Part shown: one piece after another, positions 56,866 to 64,000 of the stretch | Layout of the letters: every line of letters starts with the position of its first letter | How positions within the stretch are numbered: the stretch's first letter is position 1 | Virus record (IMG/VR): IMGVR_UViG_3300038803_000201 | Coordinates: 4,188-68,187 of that record | Reading direction: 5' to 3' (one strand) | DNA: 64,000 nt | Origin: a virus | Translations under genes and position numbers: made by a program | Notes under the pieces: model-generated | What the model was told of the DNA's origin: nothing | Seen by the model: the letters and a program-made list of their open reading frames with translations, nothing else | Database searches by the model: none

Positions 56866-57333
56866 TTATGCTGAAAATAATTCCCCATTGCGAATATCGT
56901 TTAGAAACGCTTCAACGCTTGTTTCTGTTAGGTTAACGCGGTTGAATCTCCACCATGAAATCGGAAGCTTGTTGTGTAGTATCTTCTCGACCAAGCGCCC
57001 TCGGAGCTTTTGTGAATCTTCCATGGTGGGAACCCAATCATTCCAATATTCTACAATCGGACATTCTTGTCGGAGGATATGAAGGGCATCACATTTGAAA
57101 CCTCTGATCTCCATCTCCACTTTCACCAATTCATGCCGACGGCGCAAATATGCCAGCCTTGGCTTGAACCAATTAAGATGGCCTTTTCCCAGATCGAATG
57201 TGTCTTTTACTGGTGATTTGATTTTCCAATCATTCGCCCGCAAAGATCCCACCACCATAGGCAATTCCCTATACTCGGCAATAAGCCATTGATCTGTTAA
57301 ATATTTGGGGTTAATTCCGACGTTGCATCTAAT
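56866..57333 (-). CDS. denV: pyrimidine-dimer DNA glycosylase (endonuclease V), probable ATT start
   Basis: RCNVGINPKYLTDQWLIAEYRELP..F.LGKGH..F...YL.RR...EM..RGF matches the T4 DenV pattern. Confidence 0.85.
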   Translation of the reverse strand: MRCNVGINPKYLTDQWLIAEYRELPMVVGSLRANDWKIKSPVKDTFDLGKGHLNWFKPRLAYLRRRHELVKVEMEIRGFKCDALHILRQECPIVEYWNDWVPTMEDSQKLRGRLVEKILHNKLPISWWRFNRVNLTETSVEAFLNDIRNGELFSA

Positions 57334-57337
57334 TTTC

Positions 57338-57787
57338 TCATCCTCCTTGCATTTTTATTTCCAATGCCTTTTTATGTTTGCGTTTCATAAATATGTCAGC
57401 GTTTTTATATAACAAGTCAATAAATACCAATCTGCTGCTTTTTTTACTGGGGCCGACTATACAGTATGTGCTTTTATGTTTAGGATTGACTCTAGTATGT
57501 TTATATGAAGATATGTTTTGCTGTACTAAGAACTCATAAATCATATCAGCGAATACATCCGATGCAGATATAAAAGAAATTCGGCAATTATTTCTTTTGT
57601 CTATTGTCATCGTCCCATCTCCGCCCCACACACCCCGTACAAAATGCCATTTATTTTTTGGATCTATACCACAAAACCATTCTTTCAAATTAAGTGTATG
57701 TGTTTTGTTGTGCACAAATCCTATACTTTTCATATATTCTATTAATCTTCTGTTGTTTAAATACCATTTGAACATTTTTGCCCGCAT
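57338..57787 (-). CDS. truncated/degenerate LAGLIDADG endonuclease
   Basis: HFVRGVWGGDG motif, LY.......MKRK tail; first half missing. Confidence 0.7.
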   Translation of the reverse strand: MRAKMFKWYLNNRRLIEYMKSIGFVHNKTHTLNLKEWFCGIDPKNKWHFVRGVWGGDGTMTIDKRNNCRISFISASDVFADMIYEFLVQQNISSYKHTRVNPKHKSTYCIVGPSKKSSRLVFIDLLYKNADIFMKRKHKKALEIKMQGG

Positions 57788-57803
57788 TTTAACTCATTAC
57801 ATC

Positions 57804-58151
57804 TCATGCGTTTAATCTATCCCATGGTTCTTCTGGTGGTGTTCCGTACATTACAAGAATATCTCCAAACAAGCTTTTGATGCACTTTAATAGGTTTACA
57901 TCTATTAATGCATACTCGTCGACAAAAACATATGCGGGGTTTAATGCCTTCATAAGTCTTACCCGATTGTAATCGGCTTTAATACAGACGACGTTTTCCT
58001 CGTCGCCTATCATTCGCTGCATTTTTAACGCCATGGCGTGGCGAGGGGAGATTACCACAATAGGGTCATTGGTCATGGCCGCTAACCATTTGACATTTTC
58101 GGCAATTCTGGTTGACTTACCCGATTGTCTCGGCATATCGTATACACGCAT
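57804..58151 (-). CDS. miniature terminase-like P-loop ATPase
   Basis: PRQSGKST, VFVDEYA, GTP in 115 aa. Confidence 0.65.
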   Translation of the reverse strand: MRVYDMPRQSGKSTRIAENVKWLAAMTNDPIVVISPRHAMALKMQRMIGDEENVVCIKADYNRVRLMKALNPAYVFVDEYALIDVNLLKCIKSLFGDILVMYGTPPEEPWDRLNA

Positions 58152-58178
58152 GCCTAATTTTAAGGGCTACCGCCAATA

Positions 58179-58562
58179 TTACAAGAGGCCCATCAGCTTC
58201 AATGTGTAAAATAACGTGATGTAATGGATCACTTGATCCAATCCAACACTAGCAAAAAAGTTGTGCCATGATTGCTTGTTCCACAATCTGCTGTTGTGTT
58301 TTGACGTGAAGAAGTCGGTTATAAAATGCGTGAGAAATGTGGTTAGTGTAAAAAACATGGTATTCCATGTGTGGATAACAGGATCAGGCACCTTTGCGAA
58401 TATAACAAACCATACACACATCACCGCACTATAGGTAGCGCAATGTGTAAGTAAGGATATGATATTACGTGATTTGGTTGTGGCTTGATGATGTGTCTGA
58501 AGAATGAAATCACCACACCAATGAGCCCATAACCCACCAATCAGTAATAATTCATAGTTCAC
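58179..58562 (-). CDS. DUF3307-like membrane protein
   Basis: AHWCGDFILQT, THFITD, GLDQVIH. Confidence 0.85.
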   Translation of the reverse strand: MNYELLLIGGLWAHWCGDFILQTHHQATTKSRNIISLLTHCATYSAVMCVWFVIFAKVPDPVIHTWNTMFFTLTTFLTHFITDFFTSKHNSRLWNKQSWHNFFASVGLDQVIHYITLFYTLKLMGLL

Positions 58563-58764
58563 GGATCACCTTTATCTCTTGTAGTTTTTGTTCCACAGGA
58601 TTCCAAAACTTTTCATTGACCACCAACAAATATCCATCATCATCAATTCTATCGAGATGAAGGCATAGTTTCTTTATATCCATATCCAACGCAGTAACCT
58701 TTTTAATGTTAATGGTTCGAGAAGAACCATCCAAATAACAAAATTTCAGTGAAAGCTTACTCAT
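58552..58764 (-). CDS. hypothetical protein
   Basis: AAGGA SD before MSKLS. Confidence 0.6.
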   Translation of the reverse strand: MSKLSLKFCYLDGSSRTINIKKVTALDMDIKKLCLHLDRIDDDGYLLVVNEKFWNPVEQKLQEIKVIREL

Positions 58765-59083
58765 TGATTCCTTTCGAGTGATCTCCCTTGGGGTTGATAA
58801 TGTCTTTATAAAGGGTATACACAGCTTCGGTTTTTGCTTTGTTTCCACCAATACTCATCAATCTGATTAGATGGGATCCAAAGCCTTTATTGAATCTGCT
58901 TTCATATCCATTACTAAACCACAGACGCACTGCTCTATCTGTGCCAATATCCATGCGATCTCTGACGCTCTGTTCATATTTGAATTTTTCAATAAAATGT
59001 ATACGATAAAACCCTTTAATAGCCATATACACTATACGCGCCAACACCAACACAATCATTAAACACAATATACTAATAATCAT
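58757..59083 (-). CDS. membrane-anchored hypothetical protein
   Basis: AAGGAG SD, N-terminal TM. Confidence 0.7.
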   Translation of the reverse strand: MIISILCLMIVLVLARIVYMAIKGFYRIHFIEKFKYEQSVRDRMDIGTDRAVRLWFSNGYESRFNKGFGSHLIRLMSIGGNKAKTEAVYTLYKDIINPKGDHSKGINE

Positions 59084-59084
59084 A

Positions 59085-59819
59085 TTACTCCTTTTTAATT
59101 CTTACAAACACGCATTCATTGGTAACTGCACCCAGCGGCAGAAAATCTGTGTATTTAAACGCGTGGCCTACGTTTGTAGTAGTAAAAAACGTTGTCCATA
59201 CTATACCAGTTCCATTATAAATGCCATATTGAAGGCTATACCCTGCATACAATTCCGAATTCCACTCAACATAAAGCGCATCACTCAACTCCAAATCCGC
59301 CGCAATTTTCTCGCGGGCCGCCATAATAGCCACCCCCAGCCAATTCCGGCCCCATTTGTCCTTTTCAATAAATACCCTGGGGTCTTGCACACTGTATCCA
59401 ATTCCCCAAATAGCGTCCGTGGGCGAAGCCTCTATAATCATTTGGTTTCCTGTCAGAAGCAAAAGTTCTCGCCATGTCTTGTTCTGTGTGAATTTTTTGT
59501 AATTGGAATATGTCACAAAGTTTAGCGCTACAGCTTCCCAGGAATCTTTGTCAAATCCTTTAATGCGGCGGCCTATTTGTTTTTGTGTATGTGGATTTGC
59601 CGACTGTTTGATCTTGTCGTAAGCTTCCCGGTCTCCAAAATGGTGCGCCTTGTATAACATCATAGCCTGTTCGGCACAATTAACCAATTCCGTATTATTA
59701 CCGATTTTCGCACTATATGTGCAATCCGCCCATTGTGAAAACATTCCACCATAAAACAAAATACTATTCTCTTCTGGAAATATTCTCGCACCCAACAATT
59801 CACTATCGAAATATTTCAT
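59085..59819 (-). CDS. NADAR (YbiA-like) protein
   Basis: FSQW, AEQAMM..KA..FGD, GR.IKGFD..W, KFTQN, EASP.D.IWGIG, G.N.LG. Confidence 0.9.
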   Translation of the reverse strand: MKYFDSELLGARIFPEENSILFYGGMFSQWADCTYSAKIGNNTELVNCAEQAMMLYKAHHFGDREAYDKIKQSANPHTQKQIGRRIKGFDKDSWEAVALNFVTYSNYKKFTQNKTWRELLLLTGNQMIIEASPTDAIWGIGYSVQDPRVFIEKDKWGRNWLGVAIMAAREKIAADLELSDALYVEWNSELYAGYSLQYGIYNGTGIVWTTFFTTTNVGHAFKYTDFLPLGAVTNECVFVRIKKE

Positions 59820-60007
59820 CAGCAAGAATTCTCTATTTATTTCTTGCTTACAAGCAACAAATATAGACCCACAATACCACAACCCAGTAACCTACTATCT
59901 ATGTTTTTACCGTCTACAATAAACATAAACAAAAACATAAAATACGCCAAATAACCTATAACCAAACAAAAGGCATTCCACAATTCCATCACTCTCATAT
60001 TATTTCC

Positions 60008-61072
60008 TTATTCGTTATTCAATAGATAGGCAGGATTAATGACTTTGAACCTCAGTCTGCCGCGAAGTGACGGTGAGTAAGTTTCCTTAATTGGGGTAAA
60101 CACCAACCCCTCGATTTGTTTCTTCGACAAAGGATATACCTGTTCGGTCATCTTGATAAAGTATTCCCAATCGTGCTTGTTTTTATCAAACACAAAAATG
60201 TCCGTTAAGGTTTCAACTTGGGGTAAATTATACTGCTTACAGAATTCCACCAATCTGTCATAATCATAGTATCTCTGTGCATCGATGTCATACACATCAA
60301 ACACTCTAATTGTTTTTTCTGTTACGCCAGATGTGTTCTTCTGAATACCAGGGCCTACAATTTCGGCTTGAATTGCGAGATTCAAACCCGTGTTTTTAAG
60401 AAGATTCAACAAATCATACTTTTTGGCCATTTCAACATAAACATTCCCTTCGTCTGATGGATCAATCTGCAGATTTCTGGAGCAGACGCCATTCGTCACC
60501 TGAGTAGCATCATTGATTTCACTCTTGTGAAAGACAGTAAAGGAGGTTCCGTCCTCTTTAAATCTGGCAGCAAACATAGTCCCATGGATAGACTCTTTGA
60601 ATTTATCATTCCACAAATTCTGTAGTCGCTCGCTGTCTGTTTTAGGAACAATATGAGTAGGAAAGGCATTGAGCACCTTACCCATCAAACTAGCATGAAT
60701 CTTAGGCTCATATTTGACAATACCCAGCACGTCGGCATAATCCTGCCCCTCCACAATATTCTCTAAGGTTGGCAACACGCCATCCAAAATAGTGAGAGGG
60801 AATATGATACCCTGTGACAAGGTGCCTTTCAACTTACACGTTTTAACACGAATAGGTTTATCCGGGCGATTTTTGTCCTTGAGAAAATGGGACCACTCTT
60901 TATCAGGGAGAATACTGTCAATTTCAGCAAATATGACGAGCTCGCCTTCGACAAATTCGTTTTTCTTGACGACAGACTGCCATCCGTCTACAAAACACAA
61001 CTCAATGTTATCAGCCCCTTCAATCGGCTGTATATCTCTAATTACACGCGCTGTTGCTAATTTTCTGTCCAT
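60008..61072 (-). CDS. ATP-dependent RNA ligase, DRB0094 family
   Basis: RKLAT..I.PIEGAD.IE, SQG, KTD.ER.QN, KEDGTS, CSRN, EIVGPGIQKN, EGLV, FKVIN. Confidence 0.92.
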   Translation of the reverse strand: MDRKLATARVIRDIQPIEGADNIELCFVDGWQSVVKKNEFVEGELVIFAEIDSILPDKEWSHFLKDKNRPDKPIRVKTCKLKGTLSQGIIFPLTILDGVLPTLENIVEGQDYADVLGIVKYEPKIHASLMGKVLNAFPTHIVPKTDSERLQNLWNDKFKESIHGTMFAARFKEDGTSFTVFHKSEINDATQVTNGVCSRNLQIDPSDEGNVYVEMAKKYDLLNLLKNTGLNLAIQAEIVGPGIQKNTSGVTEKTIRVFDVYDIDAQRYYDYDRLVEFCKQYNLPQVETLTDIFVFDKNKHDWEYFIKMTEQVYPLSKKQIEGLVFTPIKETYSPSLRGRLRFKVINPAYLLNNE

Positions 61073-61073
61073 G

Positions 61074-61448
61074 TTAGTCTCTTTCCTTTCTTGCCGGAAC
61101 TAAAGGCTGATTGAATACCTTACCCACCCATTTGAAAAATGTGGAGAATATATCAGGAGCCACATCAAATGCAGCTGCCCATATATTGGCCACAGGCACA
61201 ACGACCACTAAAGCACGACCGATCAGTGTGCCAATAGTATCTGTGGGTGTGTAAGTCGACCAATATTTGGGATCAGTCTTGAGTCTTTCATCATCTTCCC
61301 GACGCCTCTTGACATCATTGCGGTAATTGACCCAAGTGCGTACAGAATATCCATAGGCGCACAGAGATGCCGGGATCCAGTACAAACAGATACCCATCCA
61401 ATTCGTAAATGAAAAATCATTAAACGCTCCGACAATCCAATCAATCAT
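61074..61448 (-). CDS. membrane protein
   Basis: GGAG SD, two hydrophobic segments. Confidence 0.7.
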   Translation of the reverse strand: MIDWIVGAFNDFSFTNWMGICLYWIPASLCAYGYSVRTWVNYRNDVKRRREDDERLKTDPKYWSTYTPTDTIGTLIGRALVVVVPVANIWAAAFDVAPDIFSTFFKWVGKVFNQPLVPARKERD

Positions 61449-61449
61449 A

Positions 61450-61923
61450 TTAGTCTCCGTTGTATTTACAAAATATAGCATCTGGTAGATGCTCTTCTAT
61501 CATAGCACTGATAATACGCCAGTCTCCTCCACCGCGATCACAACCAGCCAGATAAGGGAAATAAACAGGAAGCAATTTCTGGTCTGCAAATCCTTTTAAT
61601 TTGGGCAATGCTTTTTCCCACGCAGCATAACTGGTATGGCGAATTTTTGCATCTGCCGGGCGTTTATACTCGTTTTGCCCAAACAAATTGACCACATATA
61701 AAGACCCACTAACTTGAACAGGTTGCATTTCGCCCAATAAGACGGAGAGGTCTTCATTTAAAAAGTATGTTGTTTTCCACTTTGACAGATATTCGTCGAA
61801 TACAAGGGGCCATTTAGCTCTAATAGCCTTAGCCACCCCAGAGCCCATAGCCCCCTGGCAATTAACTTGGTGGACTATAATGCCGTGATCAATGGTCGTT
61901 ATATCTTTTTCTATGATTTGCAT
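61450..61923 (-). CDS. macrodomain (ADP-ribose hydrolase-like) protein
   Basis: HQVNCQGAMGSGVAKAI, VNLFGQ, P..AGCDRGGGDW. Confidence 0.9.
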   Translation of the reverse strand: MQIIEKDITTIDHGIIVHQVNCQGAMGSGVAKAIRAKWPLVFDEYLSKWKTTYFLNEDLSVLLGEMQPVQVSGSLYVVNLFGQNEYKRPADAKIRHTSYAAWEKALPKLKGFADQKLLPVYFPYLAGCDRGGGDWRIISAMIEEHLPDAIFCKYNGD

Positions 61924-61963
61924 ATAGGCTATATTAATCTCACACTACATGTAAAGCAAGATA

Positions 61964-62245
61964 TTATAGCCTATTTGCTGCCATTTCACACACGATATCA
62001 TAAAAGTGTTTGGATGATATTACAATTTGATTGGTTGCTAAAAATGTTTCAATTGGCATTGTATTGCGCCTTGTTGTTCGCTGATTTATATGTTTGGCAT
62101 GCCTGACCTTTGGTGCATAACGACAACGAAGCGCGAATGCCAATCCGACAGGGCCGCTCATAGGTTGGACATTAACAATATCACTAGTAATCAGTGCTGG
62201 GAACCCACGTCGAATCATTGGAACGGCTAGCTTGGGTAATCGCGG
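61964..62245 (-). pseudogene. short ORF similar to the N-terminal segment of T4-like major capsid protein gp23
   Basis: PRLPKLAVPMIRRGFPALITSDIVNVQPMSGPVGLAFALR; out of frame with upstream ATG at 62355. Confidence 0.7.
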
Positions 62246-62403
62246 GCCTGGGGTATTATGATTGGACGGTGGGGCAGATAATAAATGAGTTTTACCTTTC
62301 GTGCCCCGACAGATTTATATATGCATCGGTTTTCTGTAAGAAAGTATCTACTCATTCATAGAGTATAAATGGGAAAATAAAAGATGCAAGCAGTCAAATA
62401 ACA

Positions 62404-62850
62404 TTAGCCGATTGTTATTACCTTAGGCTTAGCTTCTTCGGCTAGCGGAAGCGTAACCGTTAACATACCATCAGACATCGAGGCTTTGATATTTTCTTTA
62501 TCAATCCCATGCAACCCATAACGGGTCTGCATTGATCTCTGACTTATCCCTTTTCTCAGATAATTGTGATTTTTGTTCTCACTCTTATCTGTCTTTTTCA
62601 CCGAAATTGATATAGCATCACATTCTGCTGTGATTTCTACATTTTCCTTCGGTATTCCCGCCAAAGTGACATTAATCTGATATCCTGTCACTTTTCCACT
62701 ATCATCTTTCAGCTCAAGAATATCCGTTGGATATCCATGAGCACCGTCTAACAATTGTTCGCGATTTATATCGCTAAGCAATCGATCGAACGCACCCCAG
62801 TCAAATATACTAGGGAATATATCATACTGTTTTTTTATTAGGTTTGTCAT
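62404..62850 (-). CDS. small heat-shock protein (Hsp20)
   Basis: YP.DI, LAG..KE.VEI, YLRKGISQRS, A.M.DGML.V.LP; AAGGAG SD. Confidence 0.92.
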   Translation of the reverse strand: MTNLIKKQYDIFPSIFDWGAFDRLLSDINREQLLDGAHGYPTDILELKDDSGKVTGYQINVTLAGIPKENVEITAECDAISISVKKTDKSENKNHNYLRKGISQRSMQTRYGLHGIDKENIKASMSDGMLTVTLPLAEEAKPKVITIG

Positions 62851-62895
62851 ATTATTCTCCTTATTTAAGCAAGAACTTGACTGCTTGCACCTAAC

Positions 62896-62987
62896 TGGCG
62901 GAAGTGGAGCGACTTGAACGCCCATAGCCCATTACTAAGCATACACATATTTTCGAAATATGCCTCTTACCATTAGAGTACACTTCC
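62896..62987 (-). tRNA. tRNA-Ser (anticodon CGA)
   Basis: GGAAGTG/CACTTCC acceptor, CATAT-TTCGAAA-ATATG arm, long variable arm, CCA. Confidence 0.9.
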
Positions 62988-63186
62988 AAATCCCCTGAGT
63001 TTTACTATTAACAGATTTTGCTGTCTCGGCAAGGAGAACTGTCTCAGGGGATACGGGATATTCAGTAAACTGAAATGCATCCGCGTTATATATTGCCCTC
63101 CAGCCTTGATAATATTTATACCCATATTTCCTAAAAATTCACGATTAATATTGAATATTTTTGCCATATGAGATAATATATTGACT

Positions 63187-64000
63187 ATGAACGAAAAACA
63201 AACTACCGGTGCTTTTAAAGATCTTCCTGAAAATCAGAGACCATGCAAGATCCCTGTGGAAAAGTATGCGTCCCTTGCCTCCACTGTGGCGCAAAGTCTG
63301 TCTTCACTAGGACAGGTATTTATTCCTGATATTCAGAAAAGTCTAGCTGTTGGTAAAACTCATTGTAAAGATATTGACGTACTGTTTAACCCTTATAACC
63401 GACAGACCTGGAGACAAGACGTCGCAAAACTTTTTAATCGCTATATCATCGCTTCCATTTCGAATGGGCCCCAATTGATGACCGTAATGCAGGGCCTAAT
63501 CGACAACAACCCCTATATGATCGACATCATTCTGTCAAAAGAAGGCTCTTTTGAATATCGCAAGAAATATGCAGAATTCGGAACGATCATCCCTGCAGCC
63601 CTAGGGAGCTTTGCTAGATCCCTGCACTACAAATACGACCAAAATGGTCTGTATGGAAGATACAGAGATAGCAAAGGAAACTACCACAATATTCTCTTGA
63701 CCAACGATTACAATACTGCCATGGCTATCCTGATGCTGGATACTACCCCTGTAGAACAGCAAAAACTGTTCTCACCAGAGCAAGTTGCGGAGTGGATTGC
63801 ATCTTCTCCTAGATTTGATAGCTCTGTTTGGAAAGCCAAGCCCATTGCAACGGATGGAATTACCATCGTGGTAAAGAATCGCAAATCGCACAGAGCCGCC
63901 AAAACTAAGCCTGAGGTGAAGGCTACTTATCTCCTTTTGGACAAAACAAACAAAACATCCACCTGGAATAATGAGAATTACAAAATTGAGAGAATGGTAT
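63187..64000 (+). CDS. Pol-beta-like nucleotidyltransferase, 3' end outside window
   Basis: Open frame from ATG 63187; GKTHCKDIDVLF and MIDIIL acidic motifs; LG.FARSLHYKYDQNGL. Confidence 0.55.
   Translation, partial: MNEKQTTGAFKDLPENQRPCKIPVEKYASLASTVAQSLSSLGQVFIPDIQKSLAVGKTHCKDIDVLFNPYNRQTWRQDVAKLFNRYIIASISNGPQLMTVMQGLIDNNPYMIDIILSKEGSFEYRKKYAEFGTIIPAALGSFARSLHYKYDQNGLYGRYRDSKGNYHNILLTNDYNTAMAILMLDTTPVEQQKLFSPEQVAEWIASSPRFDSSVWKAKPIATDGITIVVKNRKSHRAAKTKPEVKATYLLLDKTNKTSTWNNENYKIERMV

Noticed and set aside
57338..57807. Intein in denV
   Set aside because: The LAGLIDADG ORF is out of frame, ends in a stop, and lacks the C-terminal His-Asn.
62851..62925. Longer Hsp20 start given by the ORF track
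   Set aside because: It overlaps tRNA-Ser; the AAGGAG SD supports ATG at 62850.
1..64000. Stop-codon reassignment
   Set aside because: Conserved enzymes are full length in code 11; TAA, TAG and TGA all end genes; the 10448 tRNA loop reads TCT, not CTA.

Overview
Accessory region of a large, probably T4-like/jumbo tailed phage. Short genes are densely packed, mostly on the minus strand, in standard genetic code, with sigma70-type early promoters and T4-like ATAA(A/G)TA late promoters. Recognisable content: DNA ligase, RtcB, a DRB0094-type RNA ligase, NADAR, macrodomain, metallophosphoesterase, a MoxR-type AAA/vWA-peptidase pair, two further AAA ATPases, FNR-family oxidoreductase, PRTase, DenV, Hsp20, a SprT-like protease, two methyltransferases, tRNA-Arg(TCT), tRNA-Ser(CGA) and about 8 homing-endonuclease genes or remnants. 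The most unusual structures are: (1) three GC-rich clusters of integron attC-like sites with cassette-specific R'/R'' complementarity, no integrase in the window, and genes that run antisense and start or stop inside the attC sites; (2) about 30 paralogous ~80-aa 'MYYL...W...S-x-D-x-x-E-L-I...EAL' genes, 16 in one translationally coupled tandem array, with conserved ends and hypervariable cores; (3) two genes interrupted by endonuclease ORFs without intron structure (a split DUF2828/TROVE-like gene, and denV apparently restarted at ATT); (4) a pseudoknotted ~105-nt orphan RNA; (5) pervasive leaderless early genes; (6) miniature terminase-ATPase and major-capsid look-alikes. All family calls come from motif recognition by eye; no database search was run.
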